Of a stretch of 64,000 bases of DNA, positions 1 through 11,654 are shown piece by piece (position 1 is the stretch's first letter; each line of letters opens with the position of its first letter). The DNA lies in contig CM082579.2 of the NCBI GenBank assembly GCA_040954595.2, forward strand, positions 2,534,345 to 2,598,344, written 5' to 3'. This DNA is from Balanoglossus misakiensis. Taxonomy: Eukaryota; Animalia; Hemichordata. The position numbers were made by a program, and so were the translations under genes. The notes beneath the pieces are model-generated. The model ran no database searches. It saw only the letters and a program-made list of their open reading frames with translations, and was not told the origin of the DNA.

Positions 1-311
1 GGGAGAGAAGATAACTTTGTATCGTCCCTGATTTATGATTTCGTCGTGAAAGCCAATCCCACTTAGCCAAATTTAAGAGAATTTGATGTGAAATGAAAGT
101 TTTATGAGTCATAAATGGTAGTTTAATATTAAGCGAGTACCTTTTGGAAAAATAACAACCACTCTAGGGTTTGTATAGTAACACAGGGTCAGTCCAACTA
201 CAGTATGTGTTCCCAATGGTGAAACTCGGCTGCTTGAGTAGTATGGATGAGTTCGATGAGGAGACAAGCGTCGGGTTTCATAAAAAGTTTTATTGTTAAA
301 AACTTGTTCTA

Positions 312-349
312 CCAACGTTTCGATCCTTCACTGAGGATCTTCTTCAGGG
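312..349 (-). ncRNA. Minimal type I hammerhead ribozyme in the Penelope 3' region
   Basis: The minus strand reads CC-CUGAAGA-A-GAUCCU(CAGUGA)AGGAUC-GAAAC-GUU-GG: CUGANGA core, 6-bp stem II, GAAA, palindromic AACGUU in place of stem III, a GUU (NUH) cleavage triplet and a CC/GG stem I. Minimal hammerheads are an established feature of PLE pseudo-LTRs. Confidence 0.82.
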
Positions 350-710
350 ATCTAAAAATAGCAAAATGTAGGTGGAAAATAAAAATGAGCTGTATGGTCA
401 AAATCTCATTGAGTATTGTAAAAATAAAGTCTGAAACGAAGACAAAATTAACAACAGTCGGAACTGCAGTTGGACATGCGGACAAAAAATTAGACTTGAG
501 TAAAATGACAACTTGTAAAACGGAATGATAAAAATAAATGTAGAGAGACAAGACAAAAGAAACTTACTCAGCGGTGATGGTCTGAATGTGGTCTGAATAA
601 AGACAAAGAGGACTCCCTAGTGTGGGAGGAAAAATCAAACGGACTGCCTAGCAGTAAACAAAGACTATAGGTGGTGGGAAAAATATGAATATGAATGAAA
701 GAAAAAAGTT

Positions 711-1337
711 CTACCAGTCCTTTTTGTTGATACCAGTGGGTGAAAGGGTACCGAGTGCATTAATAATTTTGAGTTCCAGTTGCTTTCTTATTTTGTCGTG
801 TCTCGAATATACTTTGCACAGACCAGTGAATTGGAAATGGTCAATGTTGTGATCAGGTTCATGGAAGTGATGAGCGACTAGAGTGTCTTTGTGTGTACGG
901 ATACTGTAAAGGTGTTCGTTGATTCTGATACGGAGTTCCCGTTTTGTTTCCCCGATGTACAATTTGTCGCATTTGATACAGACGATGGCATAAATGATGT
1001 TGCGAGTATTACATGTCAGTTGGCCGATGATATGATGCGATTTGTTATTCACCTTGTTGATTAATTTGTGTTCATTGGTCTGGATCATAAATTTGCATGT
1101 TCTACAGTTGTTACAGGGTTTACAGAGTCCTGGGTCAGCGTCTTTAGTTCTTGTCTTAAGGCCGGCTCTGACTATCATCTTCCTTAGGTTGGGTGGTTGT
1201 CTATAAGCGACAAAAGGGGGCGCGGTGAATGTCTCCCTTGTAGACTGATTAGATGCAAGTATGTGCCAGTGCTTTCTAATTATTGTCGATATGCTGGGAA
1301 GGGCCGGGTGGTGTGTGATGACAAATGGTATACGTTC
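711..1337 (-). pseudogene. C-terminal part of the Penelope-like ORF (linker + GIY-YIG endonuclease), uninterrupted but lacking RT
   Basis: The ORF-track entry 711..1178 extends in frame upstream by 53 codons without a stop. Contains the IIY...YIG motif and conserved R and E residues (RIRINEH, RKQLE), and ends in the PLE-typical LSPTGIN. Confidence 0.9.
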
Positions 1338-2632
1338 GGATGCGTTTTCCGTCCAAAGAACGGAAATGCTGCATCTTCTTATAGTCTTTTTTATCTTTCC
1401 AGTCAGTTACAGCACGAAGGATGTGCGCCTCTTCTGGGGTAAAGAATTCAACGTCATCATTCCTGATAAAGTCGCTCTGCCTGGTTTCGTCATCCGGAAG
1501 CCAACTGTACGAGAAGATGAAGTGGAATATCCCCTGGGTATGTGAAAGCCCAGTAGTTGTTTTTTTTTAAATATTACACATCTCTCCAGAGTTTCGGTTG
1601 ATTGGAAACAAGTGGGTGTATGGCGCGCGGCTTTACGTTCTTTGCCATTCATTCTTGGCCTGAGGTGGTCATTCGTTCTCAATGGTTTGGATGAAATGCG
1701 TGACAGGTCGCTTGGTACGTGAAACCGCGATATCAATGCCAACCAGCTCCCCATTGAGATTAGCAATTTAGGATGTAATTGTTCAAGTAGAATTTATCAC
1801 CAGGTCATAATTAGAAAAGTATTCAATACACTATAATAATTTTGTTGTGGCAACTCGAACGTTTTATTGCTTAAATGCCCCAATTGTGACAACTTTGATT
1901 GGGTACTAGTATTATCTCTGGTAAACGACATGATTCATCCGCATATTCAGATCTAATGTACTCTACACCATGAACCACTCCTGTCAGTGGTATAAATCTT
2001 GAATATCAGTCGCGTGAATAGCAACCGTGTGTCAGGTCTGTAATAAATTACCTATTCACGCAAACACCTGTTTTCCTTATAATGTCACAAAGCAAAACAT
2101 GAAGTTAACACATTCCATTCGGTTAATTGTCTCTCGCGTCACTGAAGTGTGCCTTAGAACGCGATTCTGTTATCGAGTGGCCCCATTCAGCTATTAATCT
2201 TCCCGGTCAGAATTGATTTGATTAAGATTCATATGTCTGAAGGGCATGATTAGACGACCTTTGTCCAAGTACAGTCGTTTATCGCCAACATATAGGCTTA
2301 GATCACCCAGACTGTTTCCCAGCTGCAGAACACCTGTGTATATTTCATCATTAGCCAGTCAGCAGAATCTGAATCTTGCCAACTTTGTCAAATAAATCAA
2401 ACAGCGGGCGTTACATATTTAATTCCTTGCACTCGACATCTTTCCAGGGTCACCATACGTTTGCCTTCCTCTGAAATATCTTTCACCATGACCTCAAAGT
2501 CAACCTCAACGTAAAACATGATCAATGCGGTTTCTTTTTACACCGTATACACCCTAAGTCTATATTCTTTACTCTGTTCCTTGGCCTAAACAGCGAACTA
2601 TAAATGTTTTTAATATGTTTTTAATTTTAAAG

Positions 2633-3799
2633 GTATTTACGATCACCTGGTTTGTGAATTCTCTCTCGATCGCGAGTTGATCTTCTACGTCATGGAGCAC
2701 TATGTGCCATCTTGTTTACTGGTAATCCTTTCCTGGGTTTCCTTCTGGTTGAACGTTGAAGCGACACCGGCCAGGGCAAGCCTCGGCATTACAACCGTCC
2801 TGACACTGACCACGCTGAGCTCCTCGGCGCGCAACCAATTGCCGAAAGTTTCATACACCAAGGTAGGGGAGAGGCTGCCATTGTCAACAAACAGTCAACA
2901 TGTTTCTGTTTTCAGACTGCACATGGGGTTGTTCTTGTTCGCTCATAGAGTCGGATAAATTGAAAAAGAAGTGTACCCGATCGATCAGGTGGAAATATAA
3001 TACTTTGTTGCCTGTCCGACGAATTAAAGCGCGTAATGATATTTTAAATGTCTGCAAGATTAACTAGACGCAGATGATTCCAAAATGCTGTGGTACGACG
3101 TCATTGTAATTTCGTCACATTATTTATGTCATTAATATTCTGTTATTCTTCAGGCTATTGACATATGGATGTTGGTCTGCTCTATTTTTGTATTCGCCGC
3201 TCTGCTCGAATTCTCCGTTGCAAGTTACTTTTTCCTCAAGAAACAGAAAGAGGAGAAGCGAAGGAAAGGGAAACAAAAGCTGCAGGTACCGTCATGCTCT
3301 GTGAAAGAAATCATTTATAGACACATTCATTATCGCCGTGGTGTGTATTAATGTCGGAAGATATTGTCACAGCCTGGAAAATGTCGTATTTGAGGGTTCT
3401 AAAGAACATATGGTGGCGTTCTTTTTTCGCGTGTGCCACCCACTGAAAATCCGTGATTGGCTGGATCTCATGTTTACCATGGTAACTGTAGCTAATTTTC
3501 TTAGGTGACCGTATACTTTTTAAGTGGTACATGTACTACCTTAACGCATGTTGGTATTCCTGTAGGACTTCATGGAACTTGAATACAGGCCAGTACAAGG
3601 AGCTCCAACACCTTGCAAATCGTGCCTTGAATACCACAAACATCTCCTGAGAACCCAGACAGACGGGAAAATTGTGAACACCTCATCCAGTCCTGCAAAA
3701 CTAACCAGAAGTATAGACGTCTACTCCAGAGCGCTATTCCCGGCCGCATTCATCATTTTTAACCTGATATATTGGCCAGCTTATTTGAGTGACTATTGA
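2633..3799 (+). CDS. Anion-selective Cys-loop ligand-gated ion channel subunit (GABA-A/glycine receptor-like), last three coding exons (M1-M4)
   Basis: Exons 2633-2862, 3154-3285 and 3566-3799 have GT-AG boundaries and join in frame: GIYDHLVCEFSLDR...YVPSCLLVILSWVSFWLN (M1), ATPARASLGITTVLTLTT (M2, PAR anion filter), LPKVSYTK|AIDIWMLVCSIFVFAALLEF (M3), IDVYSRALFPAAFIIFNLIYW (M4). No ligand-binding-domain exons were seen in the window. Confidence 0.95.
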
Positions 3800-6700
3800 T
3801 GTCGTCATCACCTTCAGTGTTATACTATATTTATGTTCGTTTAAGATATAATTACGCGCCTCGGGTACATATTTTGTTGTATTGGGCAAAATATGAGAAA
3901 ACGTGTAAAACTTTGATTTTGGAGGCGCGTAGTATCTTATTATCGTGGTGTTTTCAACAAAAAACAAAGGGGTTATGATGTCTACATAAAACACGTACAG
4001 TGTGTAGGGGCAGTACATTTTCATGTAAGTTAATACAACTTCTTCATACGAATCTTTGATGATTTGATCGTCCGGCGTCAGTGTACAGTTTTAGGAATAA
4101 TGTCACCATGGTAATATCGAAATGATATTTCATGGGAATTCAGTATTCACATTTGCACGTTAGGCGCCATTAATATACAAAACAACTAGACCTACAGATA
4201 CATAAAAAATCAACTACGTGTCGCTTTAGGAGAATGTTATCACACAACACAGAAATGTCTACAGGATATTACTTTCAGAAGCCAGATAAGATACATGTAC
4301 GTGTGCGAAAATAAGCAAAACCTATAAGAAAATGAAAGCAATAGCAGACGAAGACATTGGTGGCGCTACAATGTTCTTTACTCTCGAAAAAAAAAACGAA
4401 AAATGTTTTGACATAATATCAGATATCACTTAGGAACTTACCCGAAGGACAACCACTAGAAATTAAGGAACAAATATCTTTCAAAAATGCATGTCTGACA
4501 TCATCAAAAAAGACTTGACTGTCCTAATACGTTAAAATCGGAAATTAAACGCACTACAGATTAATTTGTTTCGGTTTTCAATCTGATTGCCATAGTTACA
4601 ATGTGTTAAGTGGATTGTTTTAGGACCAATTTCTCTTCAAGCCTGGGAAGGTGATGTAGTAAACGCACGTTTGTAAACATCATGCACTCGAAAACAATAA
4701 TCTAATGCATTTTCAAGGCTGAACTTGGCTAAGAGTACTGTATTTGTGCGATACACTTAAAAGTTGTTATATGTTAGTTGTTTTTTTCTTCTTCTGCGGT
4801 CAAATTGTTTCATCCAGGCTGAGGGAATATGGGATGTCCTCAAACCGGCCAGGCCAATCTCGTCTGTCGAACATTGGTTAATTACCCTAGCAACGGGATG
4901 ATAGCCAAGTAACAACACGTCAAGATTTGTATGAAACTAGAGTATAGGTCCAGAGTTTAACAAACAAGATGGGTCACGTGTTGTTGGCCCTATGTCACAC
5001 GAGAATAAACTGCCTAGCCACGCGAGATCTCGCTGAGTCTCGTGGAGTTCGGAAAATGGTCTATTGCAGTGGAGGCAGCAGCATTTAGTCCTCATCGTTA
5101 GTTTCTGCCACGTGAATCATTACAAGCGCAGCTCGCAGCGACTACAGAAGTAGTTTGAGAGCAGAAAGCGATGCCAGAGTTACAACGGATGATGCCGAGA
5201 ACAGCCGGACTGCAGAGACATCCCAACACTGTGACATCCTAACATCGTTAAAAAGGGTTAATCCGGTGAATGGAGTCCCGGGGAGTTGCTTAAATTACCA
5301 ATTAGTCCCAGGCCCTCAGTCAGTCTACTTAAAACTCAAAACCGTGCCAGAAGTTTCCGGTCTAATGGTTGCATGTTCGAAATAATCACGTAATCATGTG
5401 CTCTTGATTAGAGGAAGTTGGAAAGAGTAAGTTAACTTGGCTGCTGTATTGCCGAGTAACGACGCTGCGTGGTTGACGTTCTCTTGGGAAAGATTTACGA
5501 CGTTAATATTTCTAAGGGGAAAAACAAACATAATTCTACGACCTTCTTATTATCTGCGCGACGATTTCTACCGAGTTTAATAGGTTCAAACCGCGGACGT
5601 CATTGATGATTGATGAATGAAAGTACAATAAGCGGGCTCTCCAGTTTAACATTTTTCTTGTCGAGTGCATATTGACTGGTTAACATTACTGGAGAGCACT
5701 CAAGAATCAAACCTGACAATAAACACTACGATTTGATTAAGTACTCGAGAGTAATGGTATTGCGTGTACATTCTGTGTGTGGAGGAACTGATACCATGAA
5801 TCAAAACAGCTCGTAAAACCATTTTAGACGTTGGTTTGTCAACCTGTCATTATTTTGACTTTGCACTACGGTTTGATAACGACAAACATTACTGTAGACT
5901 TTAAAAAGCCTAAGCTAAGTACTAGTATTCATTGGAAAAGCGCAACACAAGAATACATAGAGACTGCAAAATATTAGCAGTTCGACAAATGCAAGCCATG
6001 TCCCTGTCTTTTACGGAAACTGACGTTCGTAGTTTGAGTGTTTCAACGTGGGTGCAGGTAGACAAGCTGTCGATCATGCAATGTTGTTGATATAACTTAG
6101 CCTGCTTGTGAGAAGGCAACGAGGTGAAAAAACGTAGACTGATGTCGTTTGGCCTTCCGGCAAATATCAAGCAAAGCATGCCTGTGTCGTGATTGTAGAT
6201 TTTCCAATCCTAACTCCAAACCTCGTCCAATACCTTCCTTCGACAGACAGCGTCGCATACGTCTGCCTCTGCACTATATACGAGCGCGTGAAATGTGTCT
6301 CTTCCCATAGGATTACATACAGCCACGTAGCTTAGGAGGACGTCCAGATCTCGCGCACGCGTGAATCATGTGGGCAATTCATACGAATCGACGAAAACAC
6401 ATCTCCATATAAATCTCTTCAAGAAATCCGGTCGCAAGGATCAAAAACCAAATTGGATGAAAACGCGACCCTTGGCTCTCGCAGGGATATGAATTACCCA
6501 TAACGTTAGAAAAATAAGAATTTACAGTAAAATAGGGGTCAAAGGTCAGCGAATGTCTCCGTCAGACGTCATACCATTGAGATAAGAAAGGTGTATAATT
6601 TTACGAGAAATAATTCACCCCTGTCAGTATCAATTGTCGGAAATCTAATCCTGCAGTCAAACCTGACCCTAAATTCTACTCAGAAAATCAAAGGTAACGA

Positions 6701-7696
6701 GATAACTTTGGTTGTTTTTTTTTTTTACTTTGCGGCTTTCGATCAACATAAGGATAACAAATGTTTTTCGTACATGTACTTTCTAATTACAGAGTTGACG
6801 TAACTATCGTTGTTTTGCGGAGGTTAAAAGCGCCATATTTTGGTGTATTATATTATTTATTTATATGACATTCATGTTGCTAATTTTTGTGCGGTTCTCT
6901 GATTAATGCTATATTGTCAGTCGTCATGACAACACTACCATCGGCTTACTCATACAGTAAGGACGGGACGACAAATTACCTCTTAAAGCAATTTCCAGCA
7001 ATTGCTACAAGAATAGGATCTTTTCCAGATAAATATTTCGGATGTAGACTAAGCCATCTTTGGGGATAAGGAGCTTCATTGGAAGCAGATCCCCTTGGGC
7101 CGTTGCCTCTAATTTATTAACGATAACACACAAACCAGTGCACGTTTTATGTCCACAAATCTCACAATCCCTTTTGACTGATAGTCGCATTTTTCAGAGA
7201 TATTTACTATTCATAACAGCACCGTTCCTGGTTTTCTTCGCAAATCCTCAGTCAACGCGGACAGGGATTTTCGTTCCCTCTATAAAATATTTTTAGGGCC
7301 CAAGCGCATACCAGCGCTTGGGCCCTATTGGTTTCGTTGGGGTTTTTCTGTCTTTCTTTCTTTCTTTCTTTCTTTTTTCTTGTGTCATTTCTTTGTCGCT
7401 CTAGATCTCAGACACCGCTGCAGGTACAGTTCTCAAACTTGCTACAGTGGTCAAGGTCAATGAGTAGTCGTGCATTGAACCCATGAATTTTTAATTAGTC
7501 ACGTGACCTGGCGGCCATCTTGGATTTTCTGAAAAAATGCAAATCTCAGATCTCAGAAACTACATGTCAGATCAACTTCAAATTTGGCGTGCAGGTAGAC
7601 TACCTTCTGCCTATCATTTTTGTAATTGGAAATTATGTTGTCAATGTTGCAGTTTTTTTGCTACAATTTTTTTTCTGAAATCCGGCTTAAATTTCA

Positions 7697-7990
7697 AAAA
7701 TCTTCTTCTCCAGAACCGGTGATAACTGGGACACGGGGTTTGGGGTATGTGGTCACCTATCTGATGTCTATCAAGTTTGCGAAAATCGTTGTGATTGGTC
7801 GAAGTTTATGGCGGCCATATTGGATTTTCGAAAAACCATAGTTAAACTGCAAAAATCTTCTTCTCAAGAACTGGCGATAAGTGAGTCACAAGATTTGGGC
7901 AGTATGGTCGCTATACTGTTGTCTATCAAGTTTGCAAAGAGCATTGTGATTGGTCGAAGATTATGGCGGCCATATTGGATTTTGTGAAAA
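7697..7990 (+). repeat. Two diverged ~155-bp tandem units inside the HINE
   Basis: AAAATCTTCTTCTC...GTCTATCAAGTTTGC...TTGTGATTGGTCGAAG.TTATGGCGGCCATATTGGATTTT occurs at ~7697-7835 and ~7852-7990. Confidence 0.9.
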
Positions 7991-8109
7991 ACGATTAAAA
8001 AGTAAAAATTCCCTTTCTAGCCTAAAAATTGATAGCACAGACATTCTTTTTATGGATATGAATCATCATATGACAAGAATAAGCTATAAATATTTTGGTA
8101 ATTTTGGCA

Positions 8110-8730
8110 ATGACCTTTGACCTACTTTTGACGCATCATTTTTCTGCATATCTAATTCCAGGCTAACCAATAGGGCTATAAGTTTGGTTTTTGATGTATG
8201 TGGATTAGTGTGTGATCAAAATTTTTTGCTACTTTTCACGACCCCTTTGACCCCTGCTGACCTCATTAATTATGTGCATAGCTAATTACAGGCGAACCAA
8301 TAGACCTAGAGGTTTTGTTTTTGTTGGACAGGACTAGTATGGGGTCAAAAAATTTTACCCAAATGTTGGGTGACCTCTTGTGACCTTTGACCTACTTTTG
8401 CAAATCTCAGCATCCACAGCAGATACAGCCTTGGCGTTTGGAGGTATGGGGCCATAATGAAAAGCCAAAGTTTTGGGTCACCTGTGACACCTGCTTAACT
8501 CATTATTTATGTGCATACCTAATTCCGGGCTAACCAAAAGGGCTAGAGGTCTGGTTTTTGTTGGACATGGACCACTATGGGTCAAAATTTTCTGCCCAAA
8601 TTGTGGGTGACCTCTGGGTGACCTTTGACCTACTTAACACTATATCAGCACTAAACATAGATATAATCTTGATATTTCATGGGATAAAACACAGCATTAT
8701 GTTTCTACTCATTAATTATGTGCATATCTA
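8110..8730 (+). repeat. Second internal repeat family inside the HINE (3-4 diverged units)
   Basis: Recurrent CTCATTA.TTATGTGCATA.CTAAT...AACCAA...TCAAAA and TGACCTTTGACCTACTT blocks at ~8110, ~8145, ~8262, ~8500 and ~8708. Confidence 0.85.
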
Positions 8731-11094
8731 ATAATCAGATCAGATAATAGAGCTTGGGCCCGGACAATGCTGCTTGCAGCTTTAATCTTTATCTGTTTTT
8801 TTTCTACTCTAATGATTGTGCGTGGTCGATCAAAAGGTATTGGGGAATGGTACCAGCTTACCTGATTAGTAAGGATTTTCTTTGGTGATTGTGATGTCTG
8901 TTTGACAGGTAATATCACCAAGAAAGGCTTCCATCATTCATTGTAATTATTTTCTCTATTTTAAAACTGCGTCCCAAACAAAAGATGTGACCAGACACAT
9001 CACCCACACTGCAGATGTTTGTGATTGCGTGTGTGGTTGTAACGTCTAATTTGGGCGGGAAAACACCTCGGATTTATTCCAGTGCAGAGCATTTGTAGTT
9101 TGTACGCGTATCACATTCGTGGTATCATTTTCCCCCCAGAAGATATATATTCCTCTCACGACATTAAGCAGCCGTTAAATTGGTTCTGTTATTAGACGAC
9201 TGCAAATAGCATAGTAGTACATGGGATAACAGATGGGTGTCTTAGTGACCGAGTGAATGTTCTAGCTGTCTTGTCCATTTTTCATGTTTTCCTTAATGTA
9301 GACGAATTAATAAGTCTGAAATAAAATATAATAGTAAAGGCAAAGTCCGACCCGTGCCCGTATTCATCTAATTAGGCAACGGTAGCTTGTAGACAACAGT
9401 ATTTGATGGGTGAGTTTGTCGGGGAATTTTTTTTTTCTTTCGCTTCCTTGCTCCCTATCTTCTGATGTTTTTGAAACGTGTCTGTTGCATTGTTTTCAAC
9501 TTGCTGTCGTTTCATCTGTGAGCTCACCGCAGCAACAAATTTGCATGTCAGTAGCATCTTTGTTCTATAAATACAAAGTTCTTGAATTGACTTCGGAGTG
9601 TTGACCACTGCACCTGGCGCTTTTGACCCAGCGATGCTGCCATTCGCATTCAGCGTTCTGGCACCTGCTAAAATCCATATTCATGTGCCCTTTTTAAATA
9701 ACAAAAAAAACGAGGGGGAAAGTGAAAAGCGTGGATGACCTGTGTCGCACTCTGTCATGGCTGTCGAGACAACGGTCTTACATGAGAAGAGCAAGTTATA
9801 TAGTGGACATCATATACGGTGTGAATAGCTGCCTTCAAGAAAGCAACCGTGGACGCCGAACCTTGTTGACATGTACACGTCGACTCCAAACCTGGCCCAT
9901 TGATTGATACCCCGAGGGAATTATTTCTGTTGCATTTCAAGCAGACATGTTATTGACAACTGCAACGCTGGACCCAAGGAATTAAAGGAATACCGATACC
10001 GATGGCAGGTAAGAAAGAACTACAGCTGCTTCGGAAGAGAATGTCGGCGATTCAATCAACGCTACCCTCCGCCAAAGGGCAGTTGTCTGTCGAAGAAAGG
10101 ATTTGCATCAATGAAGGGTACATGTACATTTACATCGCTCTCTGTTGATTAAAATTACAAGCCTTTGTTCAGCTGATCGACAACGTTGCCATGAATATGA
10201 GACAGTTCCTCGTGTTCTGTATTTTTATCCTTTGGAGTAGCGAATGGGTGTTTCCATGGAAACTTCCACGACTGTCTCGGTAACACGAAAAATGTGTCTG
10301 TTAGAGGTAGAACACGCGGTAGGAAAAATCTCCCCGTAACAGAATCAGTTAATTCCTAGGGTAGAAATGTGAAAATGTTTTGGTTGATCGGTCCCAGGCG
10401 GGAGCGGGTGGAACTTTTTTTCCAAAATGGCGTCCGTTGGACGGGAGCATGTAAAGTTGTGTATCCACGGAAACAGGTTCTTGTGTATTTAACAAGAAGA
10501 ATTGGATAACTGCGGTCAGAGTACAGATGCTCACATTTTTGTTTTATTAGGGCATTGCATTTTATTACCGGAGAAGGATGACATATTAGCCAAGTACTAG
10601 TAGGAACGACGACCGGTTCTGGTTTTTATTACGGGAATGGTGGAAAGATAAGACTTATGATGTGTAGGCCCGGAGGTAAGCAAATCATTACTGAGAGGAA
10701 GCGAGTGACATCTACGAGGATCTTGCTCTTTACTTGCAGCAGTAACGCTGTCAAGTACGTGCCCTGTCTAATTGACATCTTTACGGCGCAGTGTCGCTTC
10801 TAGTCGCGGACGTATTTATTTCTCCCTAACTACACCGCTCGGTCGGACTAGCTGTGAGCGTTCAGTTTGATTGACAGCTGTTCAATGTCCTGGTGTGGGT
10901 TTTTCTCAGTCTGTGCTGTCTCCGTGTGGTTTGTTTGTCATTGCTTCCTTCGTTTAGGCTGTGCCATCGGCCAAACCGTTCTGCGCGTACTTGACAACGG
11001 TAATGTCGTCATCCTCCTTCGTCTTTTCCGCGTTGTTGTTCATCAGATGATTATTCAGCATTTAATGGGGTAGCAAGGATAGCGAAGGTGTACG

Positions 11095-11325
11095 CACTGA
11101 CGTCACTGGCTATTTTGCAACGAATTACACCTCCCTCGAAACCACAACCACTGCCGACGGAATTGGTTGCCTAGTGCGCAGGCGCATGATGTGTTCTCCG
11201 TGCATCATTCTGCACAGTGTGTAGAAACAAATAACGGTGTACCAAGCGAACGCGATTATCAGAAACAACTGAGTGTGTGTAGTGCTTCGTGGGAAGTTAA
11301 ATGGTCGTGACGGGGCGTGTCGTAA
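11095..11325 (+). promoter_or_regulatory. Candidate proximal promoter of the GPCR
   Basis: CpG-rich stretch 330-560 bp upstream of the ATG with a CRE (TGACGTCA, 11098-11105), an NRF1-like TGCGCAGGCGCA (~11175) and an Sp/KLF-like GGGGCGTGTC (~11312). Motif-only evidence. Confidence 0.35.
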
Positions 11326-11654
11326 GTTTTTAAAAAGCTGTCTCGTTCCCGGTCACATTTGACTAGGCAGTCCATAACAATCTACTGTTATTTGGCTAGT
11401 GCGATCTACCGAGTATACTCTGCGTGGAACACTCGAAAAACAGTCATCCCTGATTGGCAGCCGCGAACGGGAATGTGGGCAGCTGTAACACTAAAGGTAA
11501 AATTGCGATCTGTCAAATATTCGGATATTCGTCATCGATTATTTGGTGCGTGTGCTTAGAACATCAGAGCCTGTGTGGTGTAACATGAACTTGGTACAGT
11601 CCGCAATACCTGCGTTTATATGATCGATTCTGAGCGTCTACGGAAACTTTCAAG

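Larger units (their letters stand above)
289..1337 (-). mobile_element. 5'-truncated Penelope-like retroelement (Neptune-type): RT-EN linker, GIY-YIG endonuclease and 3' pseudo-LTR region
   Basis: The minus frame is open from 1406 to the stop at 711. From 1337 it reads ERIPFVITHHPALPSISTIIRKHWHIL...PPFVAYRQPPNLRKMIVRA (typical PLE linker), then CKPCNNCRTC (Cys-rich linker as in the Neptune group) and NIIYAIVCIKCDKLYIGETKRELRIRINEH...VAHHF...H (GIY-YIG with CCHH). A hammerhead motif and AATAAA (289-294, minus) lie downstream. No RT core is present. The 3' boundary is approximate. Confidence 0.92.
7290..8786 (+). mobile_element. Non-autonomous Helentron-type rolling-circle element (HINE/DINE-1-like)
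   Basis: 5' 14-bp hairpin TAGGGCCCAAGCGC-ATACCA-GCGCTTGGGCCCTA (7294-7327), a (CTTT)n tract at ~7350-7380, internal degenerate tandem repeats, 3' sub-terminal inverted repeat GCTTGGGCCC (8752-8761) and 3' stem-loop GCTGC-TT-GCAGC (8769-8780). Both ends are T-rich and no target-site duplication was seen. Confidence 0.8.
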
